The notes: generated by a model from the sequence alone, not told the origin. Shown: positions 9,655-20,813, numbered from the stretch's first letter. The stretch is DNA of 64,000 nt from an uncultured Chloroflexia bacterium (GCA_963788305.1 CAWBGK010000016.1:119500-183499), one strand, 5' to 3'. Program-made: numbers and translations.

Positions 9655-10910
9655 TCTCCGCTTTTATCCTTGCTGTACTGTTTCCACAGCGAAAAGAATG
9701 TATTAAATGTCGCATCTGCAAATTCGCGGTCGTTGATATTCGCGTCCATCTCAATCACCGCGATATCCTGACGAAGCGTAGACTTGATCGAATCGAACAA
9801 AGCTCCATCTTTTTCTGGATCAATCCACAATCCATCTGGAGGCTGTTCATACTTGTCCAGCCCTTTCAGAGGGAGCATTACCGTCACCGGGCCCTTTGCG
9901 TTGTTCAATTTTTTGGCAAAGATTTTGCCCAGCTCGATGCTCTCTTCTTTGTTTGTGCGGACAGCACAAACGAATGGATTATGCACGATGCACAAACGCT
10001 CAGGCTTGTCGTATTTCTCCGGAAGCGTGTCTCTGGCGCCAAAATTCAGGACTTCGAGCGCTCCAGGAACCGCAACTTGGGGTATGCCGACCCGTCCTGC
10101 TGCTTCCAGCCGGTTCGGACCTGCATCGAAAATCCCACCTAATAAATTGTCCACCAGCTCGCTGGTCGTGTAGTCGATCACGCCGTCAATCAGCCCGTCG
10201 TCGATCATTTCTTCCATCGCACGGCCTCCGGAGCCGGTAGCGTGGAAAACAATTGTCTCAAATCTGGCGCCTTCCAGCTGCTCGACGATCCTCAGAACAC
10301 CCGGCGTCGTTATCCCAAACATCGTGACGGCTACCAGAGGCCGGTCCTCGGGCTCTTTCCCATTGGTGACCCCTTTCGCCATCCCCGCCACTGCCGACGC
10401 CGCGTTGGTCAGGATCTTCCTCGAAACGCGGTTCAAACCGGCGATATCCGTGATGGAATACATGACACAAAGATCACGAGTGCCAACGTATCCGCCGATA
10501 TTTCCAGAGGCCATCGTGGACAGGAGCAGCTTGGGTACACCGATCGGCAGCGAGCGCATTGCCCCACTGATGACACTCGAGCCTCCAGATCCTCCCATTC
10601 CAAAAACAGCATCGCAACGGCCTTCCGAGCGCAGTTTTTGAAGGACAGCGCCGAGTCCCCTTTCCATAGTGGCCAATGCTACTGCGCGCGTATCACTGCC
10701 TTCCCGCCCGAAACGGAGCTCTTTCAGGCTTCTTCCTCCAGCCTGAGCTACCTCATCTGCTTTCACATCTGGTGCTATCGGGGGGTCGCCGAGAATCCCG
10801 AAATCGACCAGTAGGACCTCCACTCCGGCTTCCAGGAGCCGCTCTTTGACAAATTCGTATTCGCGCGCCTTGGTATCGAGGGATCCAATCAAAACGACTG
10901 TTGTAGTCAT
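9651..10910 (-). CDS. UPF0261 family protein (Tm-1 N-terminal-domain-like, predicted nucleotide binding)
   Basis: The N-terminus VVLIGSLDTKAREYEFVKERLLEAGVEVLLVDFG and the length of about 419 aa match the UPF0261 pattern. The classic genomic partner, a PEP-hydrolase-like TIM barrel, is adjacent. Confidence 0.8.
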   Translation of the reverse strand: MTTTVVLIGSLDTKAREYEFVKERLLEAGVEVLLVDFGILGDPPIAPDVKADEVAQAGGRSLKELRFGREGSDTRAVALATMERGLGAVLQKLRSEGRCDAVFGMGGSGGSSVISGAMRSLPIGVPKLLLSTMASGNIGGYVGTRDLCVMYSITDIAGLNRVSRKILTNAASAVAGMAKGVTNGKEPEDRPLVAVTMFGITTPGVLRIVEQLEGARFETIVFHATGSGGRAMEEMIDDGLIDGVIDYTTSELVDNLLGGIFDAGPNRLEAAGRVGIPQVAVPGALEVLNFGARDTLPEKYDKPERLCIVHNPFVCAVRTNKEESIELGKIFAKKLNNAKGPVTVMLPLKGLDKYEQPPDGLWIDPEKDGALFDSIKSTLRQDIAVIEMDANINDREFADATFNTFFSLWKQYSKDKSGE

Positions 10911-11007
10911 TCCTTCCTTCTTTCTACGACCGAACTTGAGCAGTTCTCGAGCTTGCAGGATCCATCGCCAGTAACGTTATTGGTTTTCGTCCTAATTCGG
11001 CAATTTC

Positions 11008-11847
11008 TTATCCACGCGGTCTTAATTGCAGCGACTGGAACTCCCGAACAACTTCCATAATCGCCTTCTCTACAGGCAAACGTTCGATGGTTGAAGCACC
11101 CAGATATCCATCGACCGTGGTTCGCTCGAAAGCCACCTTAACGCTTTTCGGATCTTCGAATGGACCGCCATGGGCGACGGTAATCACATCTGAGCGCACA
11201 GCTCGAGCAGCCTGGACCATCTGCTCAGTCTTCTCACACGCCTCACTCAGCGAAAGCGCCGTGCCTGCGCCGATCAGGCCTCCGGTTGTGAGACCAACGT
11301 GCATGCCAATGATATCTGCTCCTGCCTCAGCCATCGCCCGCGCCTCTTCTGAAGAAAAAGCATAGGCGACTGTGAAGACGCCCTTTTTATAACACTTGCT
11401 AATCAGCTTGATTTCCTCAGGATAGCCCAGGTGAGTTGCATCAATCTGCTTCCGGAAGATCCCATCATACAGCCCGGCCGTAGGCACATTGGTGATCCCC
11501 GAGAAACCAACATCAACCAATTCGTCGATCAGGCGGTCGATGTCGCGGTACGGATCTGCCGCGCCAATTCCACCGATGACGGGGGTGTTCTCCACAACCG
11601 GGAGAATTTGCTTTGCCAGCTGGAGCGTCATCGCGTTTAAATCGCCATAAGCCAAGTAGCCAGCCAGCGAGCCGTGTCCATCCATCCGGAATGGTCCGGT
11701 GTTGTATGCCATCAGGATATCGATGCCCGCTCTATCGGCGCTCTTGGCAACTAACCCGATCCCTGCGCCTCCCATGACAATGGGCTGGTTATTTCGAATT
11801 TTAGTGCGGAGTCTCTCAAGAATTTCACTTCGGCTGAATTGTTTCAT
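11008..11847 (-). CDS. Phosphoenolpyruvate hydrolase-like TIM-barrel protein (COG5564 type), paralog 2
   Basis: IVMGGAGIGLVAKSADRAGIDILMAYNTGPFRMDGHGSLAGYLAYGD ... HVGLTTGG ... VAHGGPFEDP ... GASTIERLPVEKAI matches this family closely. Confidence 0.85.
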   Translation of the reverse strand: MKQFSRSEILERLRTKIRNNQPIVMGGAGIGLVAKSADRAGIDILMAYNTGPFRMDGHGSLAGYLAYGDLNAMTLQLAKQILPVVENTPVIGGIGAADPYRDIDRLIDELVDVGFSGITNVPTAGLYDGIFRKQIDATHLGYPEEIKLISKCYKKGVFTVAYAFSSEEARAMAEAGADIIGMHVGLTTGGLIGAGTALSLSEACEKTEQMVQAARAVRSDVITVAHGGPFEDPKSVKVAFERTTVDGYLGASTIERLPVEKAIMEVVREFQSLQLRPRG

Positions 11848-12332
11848 TATTGCTTCTCCTTTATAAGATGATGGAAATTACTGAATGCGCCTGGGTTGTT
11901 AACTGAAGAGCTTTAAGGAAAAGAGCCAAAAGAAATATCCGACTTTGACACAATGGCACTTTTTTACAACTTCTCTTCGACCGGCTTGTCGTCCTGTAAT
12001 TTGAACTCCCGTGTCACTTCGATTGTGGGTTCCGAACTCAAAGGTTCATCTGGATTGCGTGTGAGCATGGTTACGACGATATTTCCGGACTGAATCGCCA
12101 TGGATTTTACAAAGCAGCGGTCGAGCTAACACAGGCGTATAGAAGCCACAGACATTCAAGACATAATGGTATCGATAAAAAACTCAACTTCATGATTCTT
12201 CTGTTACAACATGCAGGCTTGAATTCTTCCCGTGAAAATAGCAGTTATCTACAAATTCATCCATTAGAATTATATCCCTCAATTATTCTCTCAGACCATT
12301 TACCTGAAATCATTCCACCTTTAAATCAAAGG

Positions 12333-12419
12333 CGGAGAGGGCGGGATTCGAACCCACGTTCCCTTTCGGGAAACACGCTCTCCAGGCGTGCGCGTTAGGC
12401 CAGACTACGCAACCTCTCC
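12333..12419 (-). tRNA. tRNA-Ser (anticodon GGA), class II with long variable arm
   Basis: The minus strand reads GGAGAGG-TT-GCGT...ACGC-G-CACGC-CTGGAGA-GCGTG-TTTCCCGAAAGGGAAC-GTGGG-TTCGAAT-CCCGC-CCTCTCC-G. The cloverleaf folds by eye. CCA is not fully encoded. Confidence 0.9.
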
Positions 12420-12557
12420 ACATAACCCTATCTGCCATTTTTGCCCCCCGAGCGGTCAGGATTATACTACATTATCTCAGGGCCTTGTGCTGCGTTTCTT
12501 TTTCAGAAAGCCGGACGGCAGACGACCGAGAGCTGGTGATCAGATTCCTCCATCTCG

Positions 12558-13904
12558 TTAATCCGGAAAGAGCTCGCTGAAGATCTCCGGGGTATGCCGT
12601 CCGACAGTCTCGGATGAAATCCCATTTTCGCGGCAGATTTCGGCATACAGGTCCACGCCAGGCCGCTTTTTGCGCACCTGGGTTTCTCGCTCCAGCTCCC
12701 ACAACCCAAAGCGCTGTTCCCAACCGCGCTCCCATTCAAAGTTATCCACCAGCGACCAGTGGAAGTAACCCTTGATCGGGATTCCCAGGTTGACTCCCCT
12801 CCAGACCTTGTGCAGGTGCTGGAGCAAGTAGCGCGGACGCAGCACTCCCGCGGCCGTCATTGACGCCATTTTCAGTCACGATGATCGGCAGCCCAAATCC
12901 GCGGCACCACTCGAGCGCACGAGTGATCCCATCTGGGACGTTAGCAATAAAACCCCCATCACTCAGCTCCGCATCTGGGGCATAATAGCGGTGGTTAAGG
13001 ATTTCGGCAGGCGACCTGAAATTGATGCTGAACGGCTTGAGTGCCACGAGCTCTTCGGTATAGTAATTCAAGCCCAAGAAATCCATGCGTGTTTTTTACT
13101 TCCGGCAGCCGTAAACGGCGAAGGGGATAGCGCAGGATCCCGGTCGACAGCGCCCTGGGGAAGAAATCGTTGACGACGTGGTGGATAAGGCCGGCAAACC
13201 AACGGTCCAGCGGGTTCCAGTTTCTGGCAGGGCGAAACCCTCGGTAATGCTGGGCGATCCCTACCCGGGCGGTCGGTTGGATTTCCTTGATCGCTTTGTA
13301 GGCTGCTGCATGTCCTTTCACCATGTTGGTATAGACGACCATAGCTTTTTCAAGATCTTTCTCACCCGGAGGAAAATCCCCAAGCACATATCCCGATACC
13401 GTATAGACGTTCGGCTCATTGATGGTGATCCACAGGCTGACGTACTCCCGCAGCGCCTCAACCACCTTTCTTGCAAAAGCGGCAAACTGTTCAGGGGTCG
13501 CTTCGTTTTCCCAGCCGCCGCGTTCTGTCAGCCAGATTGGATCGCTGAAATGGTGCAGGGTGACCATCGGGGTCATCTCACGCTTCTGAAGACCACGCGC
13601 CATCTCACGGTATCGCTCAAGCGCTGATTCATCCCAACGGTCTGGAGTTGGTTGGATCCGGCTCCATTCAACCGAAAATCTATGCGCGTTCTGACCTGTT
13701 TCGGCAGCCCGATCAAAGTCCTCTCGCCAGCGCCCGCCCCACCAATCGCATGCAGCACCAGAAGTATCACCGGTTTCGAATCCGCCCGGCTTGCTGTTCG
13801 AATGCCCACCATTGGTTATTGGTATTGTAGCCCTCGACCTGGTGTGATGATGTGGCCGTTCCCCAAAGAAAGCCTCGCGGAAAGTGAAATGTCGCTTTTG
13901 CCAT
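12558..13904 (-). pseudogene. GH1 beta-glucosidase broken into four frames (disruptions near 13775, 13095 and 12850)
   Basis: Fragments in order: MAKATFHFPRGFLWGTATSSHQVEGY; then WSRIQP...TINEPN (acid/base motif, ORF 12995..13603); then MDFLGLNYYT...IVTENG (nucleophile motif, ORF 12742..13086); then GYFHWSLVDNFEWERG (ORF 12558..12869). Confidence 0.85.
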
Positions 13905-14049
13905 GCAGTTTTCCTCTACGGATTTTGTGGTATCCTCTGATTATAAAAGAACTCCATGAAATTCCGGCTTGTTCAGTAAATCAACTTGATGGAAAAAATG
14001 CCGGAATTATAGATCAGACAGATCATCACATCCAGGAGGGGTGCAGCTG

Positions 14050-15187
14050 ATGAATGAAGTATATGTGATCTCTGCTGTTCGCACGCCAGTTGGGATAGGA
14101 AAGCCAACCGGCGAATTGAATCCTCTCTCACCCGTGGATATGACTGCATTGGTCATGCAGGAGGCAGTCCGTAGAGCGGGTGTCGATCCCGGAGTACTGG
14201 AGGATGCCGTCTGGGGTTGCGTAACTCCGATTGGTGATCAGGGTGCGAACCTGGCCCGTCTGCAGTGTCTTGAAGGCTGGCTTCCCTGTTGAAGTCCCTG
14301 CGGTCACGATTAACCGAATGTGCGGCTCCAGCCAGCAGGCTGTTCATTTTGCTGCCCAGGCGATCCTCGCTGGCGACATGGATGTGGTGCTGGCAGGCGG
14401 GACCGAAATGATGTCGCACCAACCACTTGGCGCTGATTACCCCACCGAATGGCCCGATCATTTTCCATTTGAGCTGGTCCATCAGGGTATCAGCGCCGAG
14501 CTGATGGCAGAAAAATGGCACCTGAACCGAGAAGCGCTGGACGATTACGCCTTCGAGAGCCACTTCCGTGCGATGCAGGCGATCCAGTCCGGGTTTTTCC
14601 AGGAGCAAATCCTGCCAATCTGCCGGCCGGATGGGAGAATTGTTGACAGAGATGAAGGAGTGCGGATTCCTCCAGATCGAGAGAAAATGAGATCCCTTCG
14701 ACCGGTCTTCAAGACCGATGGTGTGACTACAGCAGGGAACTCCAGCCAGGTCAGCGATGGCTCAGCAGCCCTTCTCCTGGCTTCCCCCGGAGCGGTGGGC
14801 CGCTATAACCTGACGCCGCGCGCTCGCCTGGTCGCGAGGGCAGTGACCGGATCAGACCCTGTTCTGATGTTGGATGGGCCAATCCCCGCGACCCGAATGG
14901 TCCTCCAGCGCGCCGGTTTAAAACTGGAGAATATCGATGTGGTCGAAATAAATGAAGCCTTTGCTGCGGTTGTGCTTTCCTGGGCAAAGGAGCTTGGAGT
15001 GGTCGATATGAACATGGTGAATCCCAATGGTGGAGCGATTGCCCACGGCCACCCCCTTGGTGCAACGGGGGCTGTGCTCATGACAAAATTGATCCACGAG
15101 CTGGAGCGAAGTGGAGGGCGTTTCGGACTACAAACCATGTGCATCGGGCACGGCATGGCTACTGCCACGATCCTGGAGCGGTTGTGA
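14050..15187 (+). CDS. Acetyl-CoA acetyltransferase (thiolase II); one frameshift near 14262
   Basis: MNEVYVISAVRTPVG, the active-site motif NRMCGSSQQA, and the C-terminal NPNGGAIAHGHPLGATG and CIGHGMATA. AGGAGG lies 10 nt upstream of the ATG at 14050. The fragments are ORFs 14041..14292 and 14231..15187. Confidence 0.85.
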
Positions 15188-15669
15188 AACACATCGTTTT
15201 CCTTGGGTTAGGGACCAACCTGGGCGACCGCCTGATGAACTTATATTCAGCTCGATCGGCCATAGAACCATCTGCCCCGCTTCTTCAAGCATCCCCCATT
15301 TATCAGACAGATCCATGGGGGTTTAAAGACCAGCCACCATTTCTCAACCAGGTCATCAAATCCGAAACCGAAATCGCACCGGCAAGACTTCTGAAGATTC
15401 TCAAGAAAATTGAAAATGAGCTTGGTCGCGAACCGACCTTCCGCAACGGTCCTCGCCTGATAGACATCGACATCCTGTTTTATGACGACCTGATCCTTCA
15501 TGAGGCTGAGCTTCAGATTCCTCATCCGCGTTTGGATAAGCGCGCTTTCGTGCTTGTGCCGCTGGCGGCGATTGCGCCAAATTTGCGTCATCCCGTCCTG
15601 GGAAGTAAGGTCTACGAGCTTCTGGATGACATCGACTCAACCGGAGTACAGCTTTTTTCACCATCCTGA
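15184..15669 (+). CDS. folK: 2-amino-4-hydroxy-6-hydroxymethyldihydropteridine diphosphokinase (HPPK)
   Basis: VFLGLGTNLGDR ... SPIYQTDPWG ... RLIDIDILFYDD ... IPHPRLDKRAFVLVPL are HPPK signatures. The GTG start at 15184 overlaps the thiolase stop. Confidence 0.85.
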   Translation: MKHIVFLGLGTNLGDRLMNLYSARSAIEPSAPLLQASPIYQTDPWGFKDQPPFLNQVIKSETEIAPARLLKILKKIENELGREPTFRNGPRLIDIDILFYDDLILHEAELQIPHPRLDKRAFVLVPLAAIAPNLRHPVLGSKVYELLDDIDSTGVQLFSPS

Positions 15670-15777
15670 TTGGAGCGCAGCTGGATCCAGCTGATTGAGA
15701 AATTATCCTTATTTTATTATTAAGCCCGCCCGGGCTCTGGTAAGATAAAATGATATCCCACAAACCTGATTGGAGAA

Positions 15778-16209
15778 ATGGATATGGCCAGCGTTGAACC
15801 AAAACCCTTGAAAGATGCCCCTGGTCCGGATGCAGGCTTCTCGGCGCTCCGCCGACCGGACGGCGGGATGCACATTGTCTTCCAGGATGTCTCACATCCG
15901 ACCCTCCTGCGCTGGCGCGAATTCTCACTCGCCCATCTGGAAAATTCTGACCGGCTGACTACGAATTTGTATGACTTGCGCCAGATTGAAGACCTGCCGC
16001 GAGAGGCGATCGAATTTGCGTTGGAGGTCAATAACGATCCGTCTGTGCGGAATATTCGCCTGGCGGTCGTCGTGATGAACGAAAAGATGCGTCAGGCTTT
16101 ACAAGAAATCGACGCCCTCTCCGCAGGATATGGTGTCGAAATGAAGATCTTCACCATGATCCCAGAGGCAGAAGAATGGTTGAGCCGGCCTTTAACGCTT
16201 CTGATTTGA
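15778..16209 (+). CDS. Hypothetical protein between folK and folP
   Basis: A 143-aa ORF with no motif I recognise. It overlaps the folP start by 34 nt, which suggests translational coupling. Confidence 0.4.
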   Translation: MDMASVEPKPLKDAPGPDAGFSALRRPDGGMHIVFQDVSHPTLLRWREFSLAHLENSDRLTTNLYDLRQIEDLPREAIEFALEVNNDPSVRNIRLAVVVMNEKMRQALQEIDALSAGYGVEMKIFTMIPEAEEWLSRPLTLLI

Positions 16210-17126
16210 GAAATATTGAATACCAACCTTTAAGCATCGGCTCGCATTGTCTCCATTGGGGGAGCCGAACGTATGTGATGGGTATTTTGAACATCACATC
16301 AGATAGCTTCTCTGGGGATGGACTGATCGGCGACGAGTCAATGGAGACTGATTTTCTCGCAGCAGCATTGGCTCAAGCACGCCGATTTATCGAAGCCGGC
16401 GCGGACATCATTGACGTGGGAGGAGAGAGCACCCGGCCAGGAGCAAAGCCTGTCAGCGCAGAAGAAGAAATGTCCCGTGTGATCCCTGTGATTCAGAAGC
16501 TGTCAGCCGAATTGGATGGCATCATCTCAATAGACACCTATAAATCACAGGTTGCCGAGTCAGCACTTAAAGCCGGCGCTGATATCATCAATGATGTCTG
16601 GGGGCTGCGCGCAGATCCTGCGCTGGCTGGGATCGCGGCACGTTATCATGCACCCATCATTTTGATGCATAATCGCAGCTCATGGGCTCATGCAGAAATT
16701 AAGGCGGGACTGGGCGGCCGGTACATAGGGATGGAATATACCGACCTGATCGAGGACATCCGCAGGGAGCTTCTGGAAAGCATCGATATCGCCCTCAAGG
16801 CGGGCGTCCCCGCTGAGCATATCATCCTCGATCCTGGGATCGGTTTTGGGAAGACAGTGGAGCAGAACCTTGAGCTGATCGACCGGCTTGGTGAGTTCCG
16901 CTCGCTTGGATTTCCGATCCTGTTGGGACCCTCGCGCAAGTCTTTCATTGGATATACCCTTGACCTGCCTGCTGATCAACGCCTGGAAGGGACGCTTGCA
17001 GCGATTTCGATTGGGATTGCTCGCGGCGCCGATATCGTCCGGATCCATGATGTTCAGGCAGGCGTCCGGGCTGTGCGGATGGCTGACGCGATCATTCGTC
17101 GGGGAGAGCCGAATTCATCCATTTGA
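16176..17126 (+). CDS. folP: Dihydropteroate synthase
   Basis: VMGILNITSDSFSGDG, DIIDVGGESTRPGA, SIDTYK and DPGIGFGKT are canonical DHPS motifs. Confidence 0.9.
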   Translation: MVEPAFNASDLRNIEYQPLSIGSHCLHWGSRTYVMGILNITSDSFSGDGLIGDESMETDFLAAALAQARRFIEAGADIIDVGGESTRPGAKPVSAEEEMSRVIPVIQKLSAELDGIISIDTYKSQVAESALKAGADIINDVWGLRADPALAGIAARYHAPIILMHNRSSWAHAEIKAGLGGRYIGMEYTDLIEDIRRELLESIDIALKAGVPAEHIILDPGIGFGKTVEQNLELIDRLGEFRSLGFPILLGPSRKSFIGYTLDLPADQRLEGTLAAISIGIARGADIVRIHDVQAGVRAVRMADAIIRRGEPNSSI

Positions 17127-17177
17127 TCCAACTATCTTAACAGGTGATTTTGTCCGTAACTTTCATAGGAGATCGTT

Positions 17178-19886
17178 ATGTTAAGAATCCAGGATGTTTT
17201 TAACGCCCGCGTATTGTTTAAAACCCCCCACGGTAATTATTGGATCTATCGATTAGACAGTCTCGAAAAAGCAGGCCTGACACGCCTGGATCAGCTTCCA
17301 TTTTCCATCCGCATCCTTCTCGAATCGGTGCTGCGCCAGTGCAACGAAAGAGAATTCACCTCTCGAGGATGTCATTAACCTCGCAGGTTGGCAGGCAAAT
17401 GCAACTTCACGTCCCTCCGTCCCTTTTGCCCCGGCTCGAGTCGTTCTTCAGGATTTCACCGGTGTGCCCACAGTTGTTGACCTGGCCTCGATGCGCTCGG
17501 CAGTTGCTCGTCTGGGTGGAGATCCGAAGAAAATCAATCCACTCGTTCCGGTTGATCTGGTCATTGACCATTCTGTCCAGGTCGATACCTTTGGGACGCC
17601 GGACGCACTAAGACGAAATGCGGAAATCGAGTTCCAGCGCAACCGGGAGCGGTATGAATTCCTGCGCTGGGGTCAGAATGCGTTCTCAAACTTCAACGTC
17701 GTCCCCCCTGCAACCGGCATCGTCCATCAGGTAAATCTTGAATACCTTGCCCAGGTTGTGATGAAAAAAGACGAATTGGACGGACCGCTGGCCTATCCTG
17801 ATACCGTCGTTGGGACCGACTCTCACACCACAATGATCAACGGTCTGGGCGTATTGGGTTGGGGCGTTGGCGGGATTGAGGCTGAGGCAGCCATGCTCGG
17901 CCAGCCGATAGACATGCTTGCTCCAGATGTGATCGGATTCAAGCTCATCGGAGAGCTGCGCGAGGGCGTGACTGCCACGGATTTAACCCTCACGGTCACC
18001 CAAATGCTCAGGAAAAAAGGTGTCGTTGAAAAATTTGTCGAATTCTTCGGTCCCGGATTGGCGGCTATGTCCCTCCCGGATCGAGCGACGATCGCGAATA
18101 TGGCTCCGGAATACGGTGCGACGGTCGGGTTCTTCCCGGTGGATGACGAAACGCTGCGCTACTTGCGACTGACCGGTCGACCTGAAGAGCTTATTCAGCG
18201 AGTTGAGCGTTACTGTAAAGAACAGGGGATTTTCCGATACTCCAATTCGCAGGACCCCGAGTTCACTGATACGCTCGAGCTCGATCTGAGCGAAGTCGAG
18301 TTGAGCCTGGCAGGTCCAAAACGACCTCAGGACCGCATCCCACTCAGAGAGATGAAGGCGTCTTTTCACCAGTCCCTGATCGCACCGATTAACGAGCGTG
18401 GTTTTGAGTTGAACAGCGGGCAGCTAGAAAAGAAAGCTCTTTTGGAGGTCGAATCTGAGTTCTCATGAAATCGGGCATGGAGCTGTTGTGATCGCCGCGA
18501 TCACTTCTTGCACCAACACATCCAATCCGTCTGTGATGATTGGCGCCGGGATCCTCGCAAAAAAAGCGGTGGAACGTGGGCTGAAGGTCAAATCTTTTGT
18601 AAAAACAAGTCTTGCCCCCGGGTCTCGTGTTGTTACAGAATATCTTGAGCGCGCCGGTTTATTAGAACCCTTGGCTGCCTTAGGATTTCAATGTGGTCGG
18701 TTTTGGCTGCACAACTTGCATCGGCAATTCTGGCCCACTGCCTGCGGTGGTCAGCGAAGCGATCCGGGAAGCGGACCTTGTCGCTGCTGCCGTGCTCTCT
18801 GGAAACAGAAACTTTGAAGGCCGCATACATCCCAATGTTCGGGCAAATTACCTGGCTTCCCCCCCACTGGTGGTTGCATATGCGATCGCCGGCAGCGTCG
18901 ATGCTGATCTGGTCCACGATCCGTTGGGACATGATCCCGATGGCATACCCGTGTACCTTCGAGAAATCTGGCCGACTTCTGCTGAAATCCAGGCGGCAAT
19001 CGCCCAATCTGTTAAACCAGAAATGTACCAGGAAAAATATGCCGGAGTGTTTACAGGGAACGAAACCTGGAACGCCATTCAGGCCAGCGACAGCGAGCTT
19101 TATTCTTGGGATCCCGATTCCACCTATATTCAGGAGCCCCCATTTTTTACCGGTCTCCGCCGCGAAGTTCCAGACATCCAGGAAATTCAAGGCGCCCGAG
19201 TCCTGGCGATCCTGGGCGATTCGATCACAACAGATCACATCTCGCCGGCTGGATCGTTCTCTTCTGAAAGTCCTGCCGGAAAATTCTTGATTCAGAAAGG
19301 CGTCGACCTAAAAGATTTCAACTCCTACGGTTCGCGGCGCGGCAATGACCGTGTGATGAGCCGAGGCACGTTGGCGAATATCCGATTGAAAAACCGGATG
19401 GTTCCTGGAGTAGAAGGCGGCTGGACGATCCACCAGCCAACTGGCGAGCAGATGAGCATTTACGAGGCCGCGGTTAAATATCGAGAAGAAAAAATCTCCC
19501 TGGTCGTACTGGCCGGCAAAGAATACGGCACCGGATCCAGCCGTGACTGGGCAGCAAAAGGTGTGATGATGCTGGGAGTTCGCGCCGTGATTGCTGAATC
19601 TTTTGAGCGGATCCACCGCTCAAATCTCGTTGGCATGGGTGTCTTGCCGCTGCAATTCCTCACAGGGGAAAATGTCGAAAGCCTGGGTCTGGAGGGCACA
19701 GAAAAAATTTCGGTGAGGGGATTGAATAATTCGATCCAACCGAAGGAAGAACTGACCGTCACTGCCGAGAGACCGGATGGCACGCTTCTCAGTTTTCAGG
19801 TCACTGCTAGACTTGAGACTCCAGTCGAAGTGAACTACTTCCGCAATGGTGGAATTCTACAGACCGTGTTGCGCGGTATGCTTTAA
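17178..19886 (+). CDS. acnA: Aconitate hydratase A; three frame disruptions (about 17360, 18462 and 18695)
   Basis: Fragments 17178..17378, 17464..18468, 18488..18817 and 18693..19886 read through as [75 protein letters not shown] and [16 protein letters not shown]. Confidence 0.9.
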
Positions 19887-19892
19887 TTAAAA

Positions 19893-19930
19893 AACGGGCG
19901 GTCAATTGACCGCCCGTTTTCTTTTATTTT
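19893..19930 (+). terminator. Rho-independent terminator after acnA (probably bidirectional)
   Basis: ACGGGCGGTC-aatt-GACCGCCCGT is followed by TTTTCTTTTATTTT. An A-run precedes the stem on the other side. Confidence 0.7.
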
Positions 19931-19931
19931 C

Positions 19932-20813
19932 CTAGTTAGATTCTTTCTGCTCATCTGGCGCTTGTTTCTCGACTGGTTCTTCCTTAACTTCTGGTTCTTT
20001 CTTCGCTTTATTTTCTGTGACCAGTTCCCAGCCCTGCGTAAGCAGTCCAAGGTTGGCTATCGCCATCCAGACCAGGAATACTGTCAGTGCCATGAGTAGA
20101 TAACGAACATAGGTGGGCAGGCTGGTTTTCAGCCCTTCAAGATTCTTGATAATCTGGTCAACAGACGCCTTATATCCCAGTATGACTTTATCGTACTCAG
20201 AAACGCTGTTTGATATTTGACCAATCGATTCCGCCATCATCGTCAGGTCCGACTGGAAAGTCTCAAGGTTGGTGTTCGTTTCTGTCAGGCTTGTTTCCAT
20301 ATTCTTTAAAGAATCCGGCAGGCTGCTCAGGCTGTCAGCAACCTGTCCCAGCGACTCGGAAAGCGGAACTTCCGGATTATATCCAACCGCGCCACCGATC
20401 AGTGGAATGCTGCTTAATGTACCCAGGACCGAATCGATGATCGCAGCGCTTTTTTGTGATGCGCGCAGCGACAATTCGGTAGCCAGAATGGTCTGCGGAA
20501 CTTCCTCCGTTATCATGCTTTTGATATCAAGAACCATTGGTGAGCTGGACTTGACCGTTGTGGCGATCGTTTGAACTGTAGTTTCAAGCGCGCTGACTGT
20601 ATCTACTGCACTCTTCAGCGCAACTTAAGTCACCACCAATCCTTGCGAAGTTGTCTCAAGCGTATCAACAAGAAGATCGACTGTGGTTTCAATGCCTGCA
20701 GTGATGTTCGGCTCAACCCTCCAAAGGATCGTGATTCCAGCCACGCTAAAAATTAGCCCGATGAGAGCGGCGATTAAGAGCAAAATACCAATGAGTTTTC
20801 TTACAGCGGACAT
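19932..20813 (-). CDS. Membrane-anchored coiled-coil protein with two terminal TM helices, interrupted by an in-frame TAA (20625-20627)
   Basis: ORF 20625..20813 (N-terminal TM LIGILLLIAALIGLIFSVAGITIL) and ORF 19932..20537 (C-terminal TM LLMALTVFLVWMAIANLGLL, Lys/Glu-rich tail) are in the same frame. The sequence between them is open except for one TAA. Confidence 0.5.

Noticed and set aside
11964-12101. 45-aa minus-strand ORF (MAIQSGNIVVTMLTRNPDEPL...) upstream of the TIM-barrel paralog
   Set aside because: It is short, has no recognisable motif or convincing RBS, and cannot be supported without conservation or expression data.
12192-12398. 68-aa ORF overlapping tRNA-Ser
   Set aside because: Its 3' part is the tRNA gene read on the opposite strand. 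It has no RBS and is AT-rich low-information sequence.
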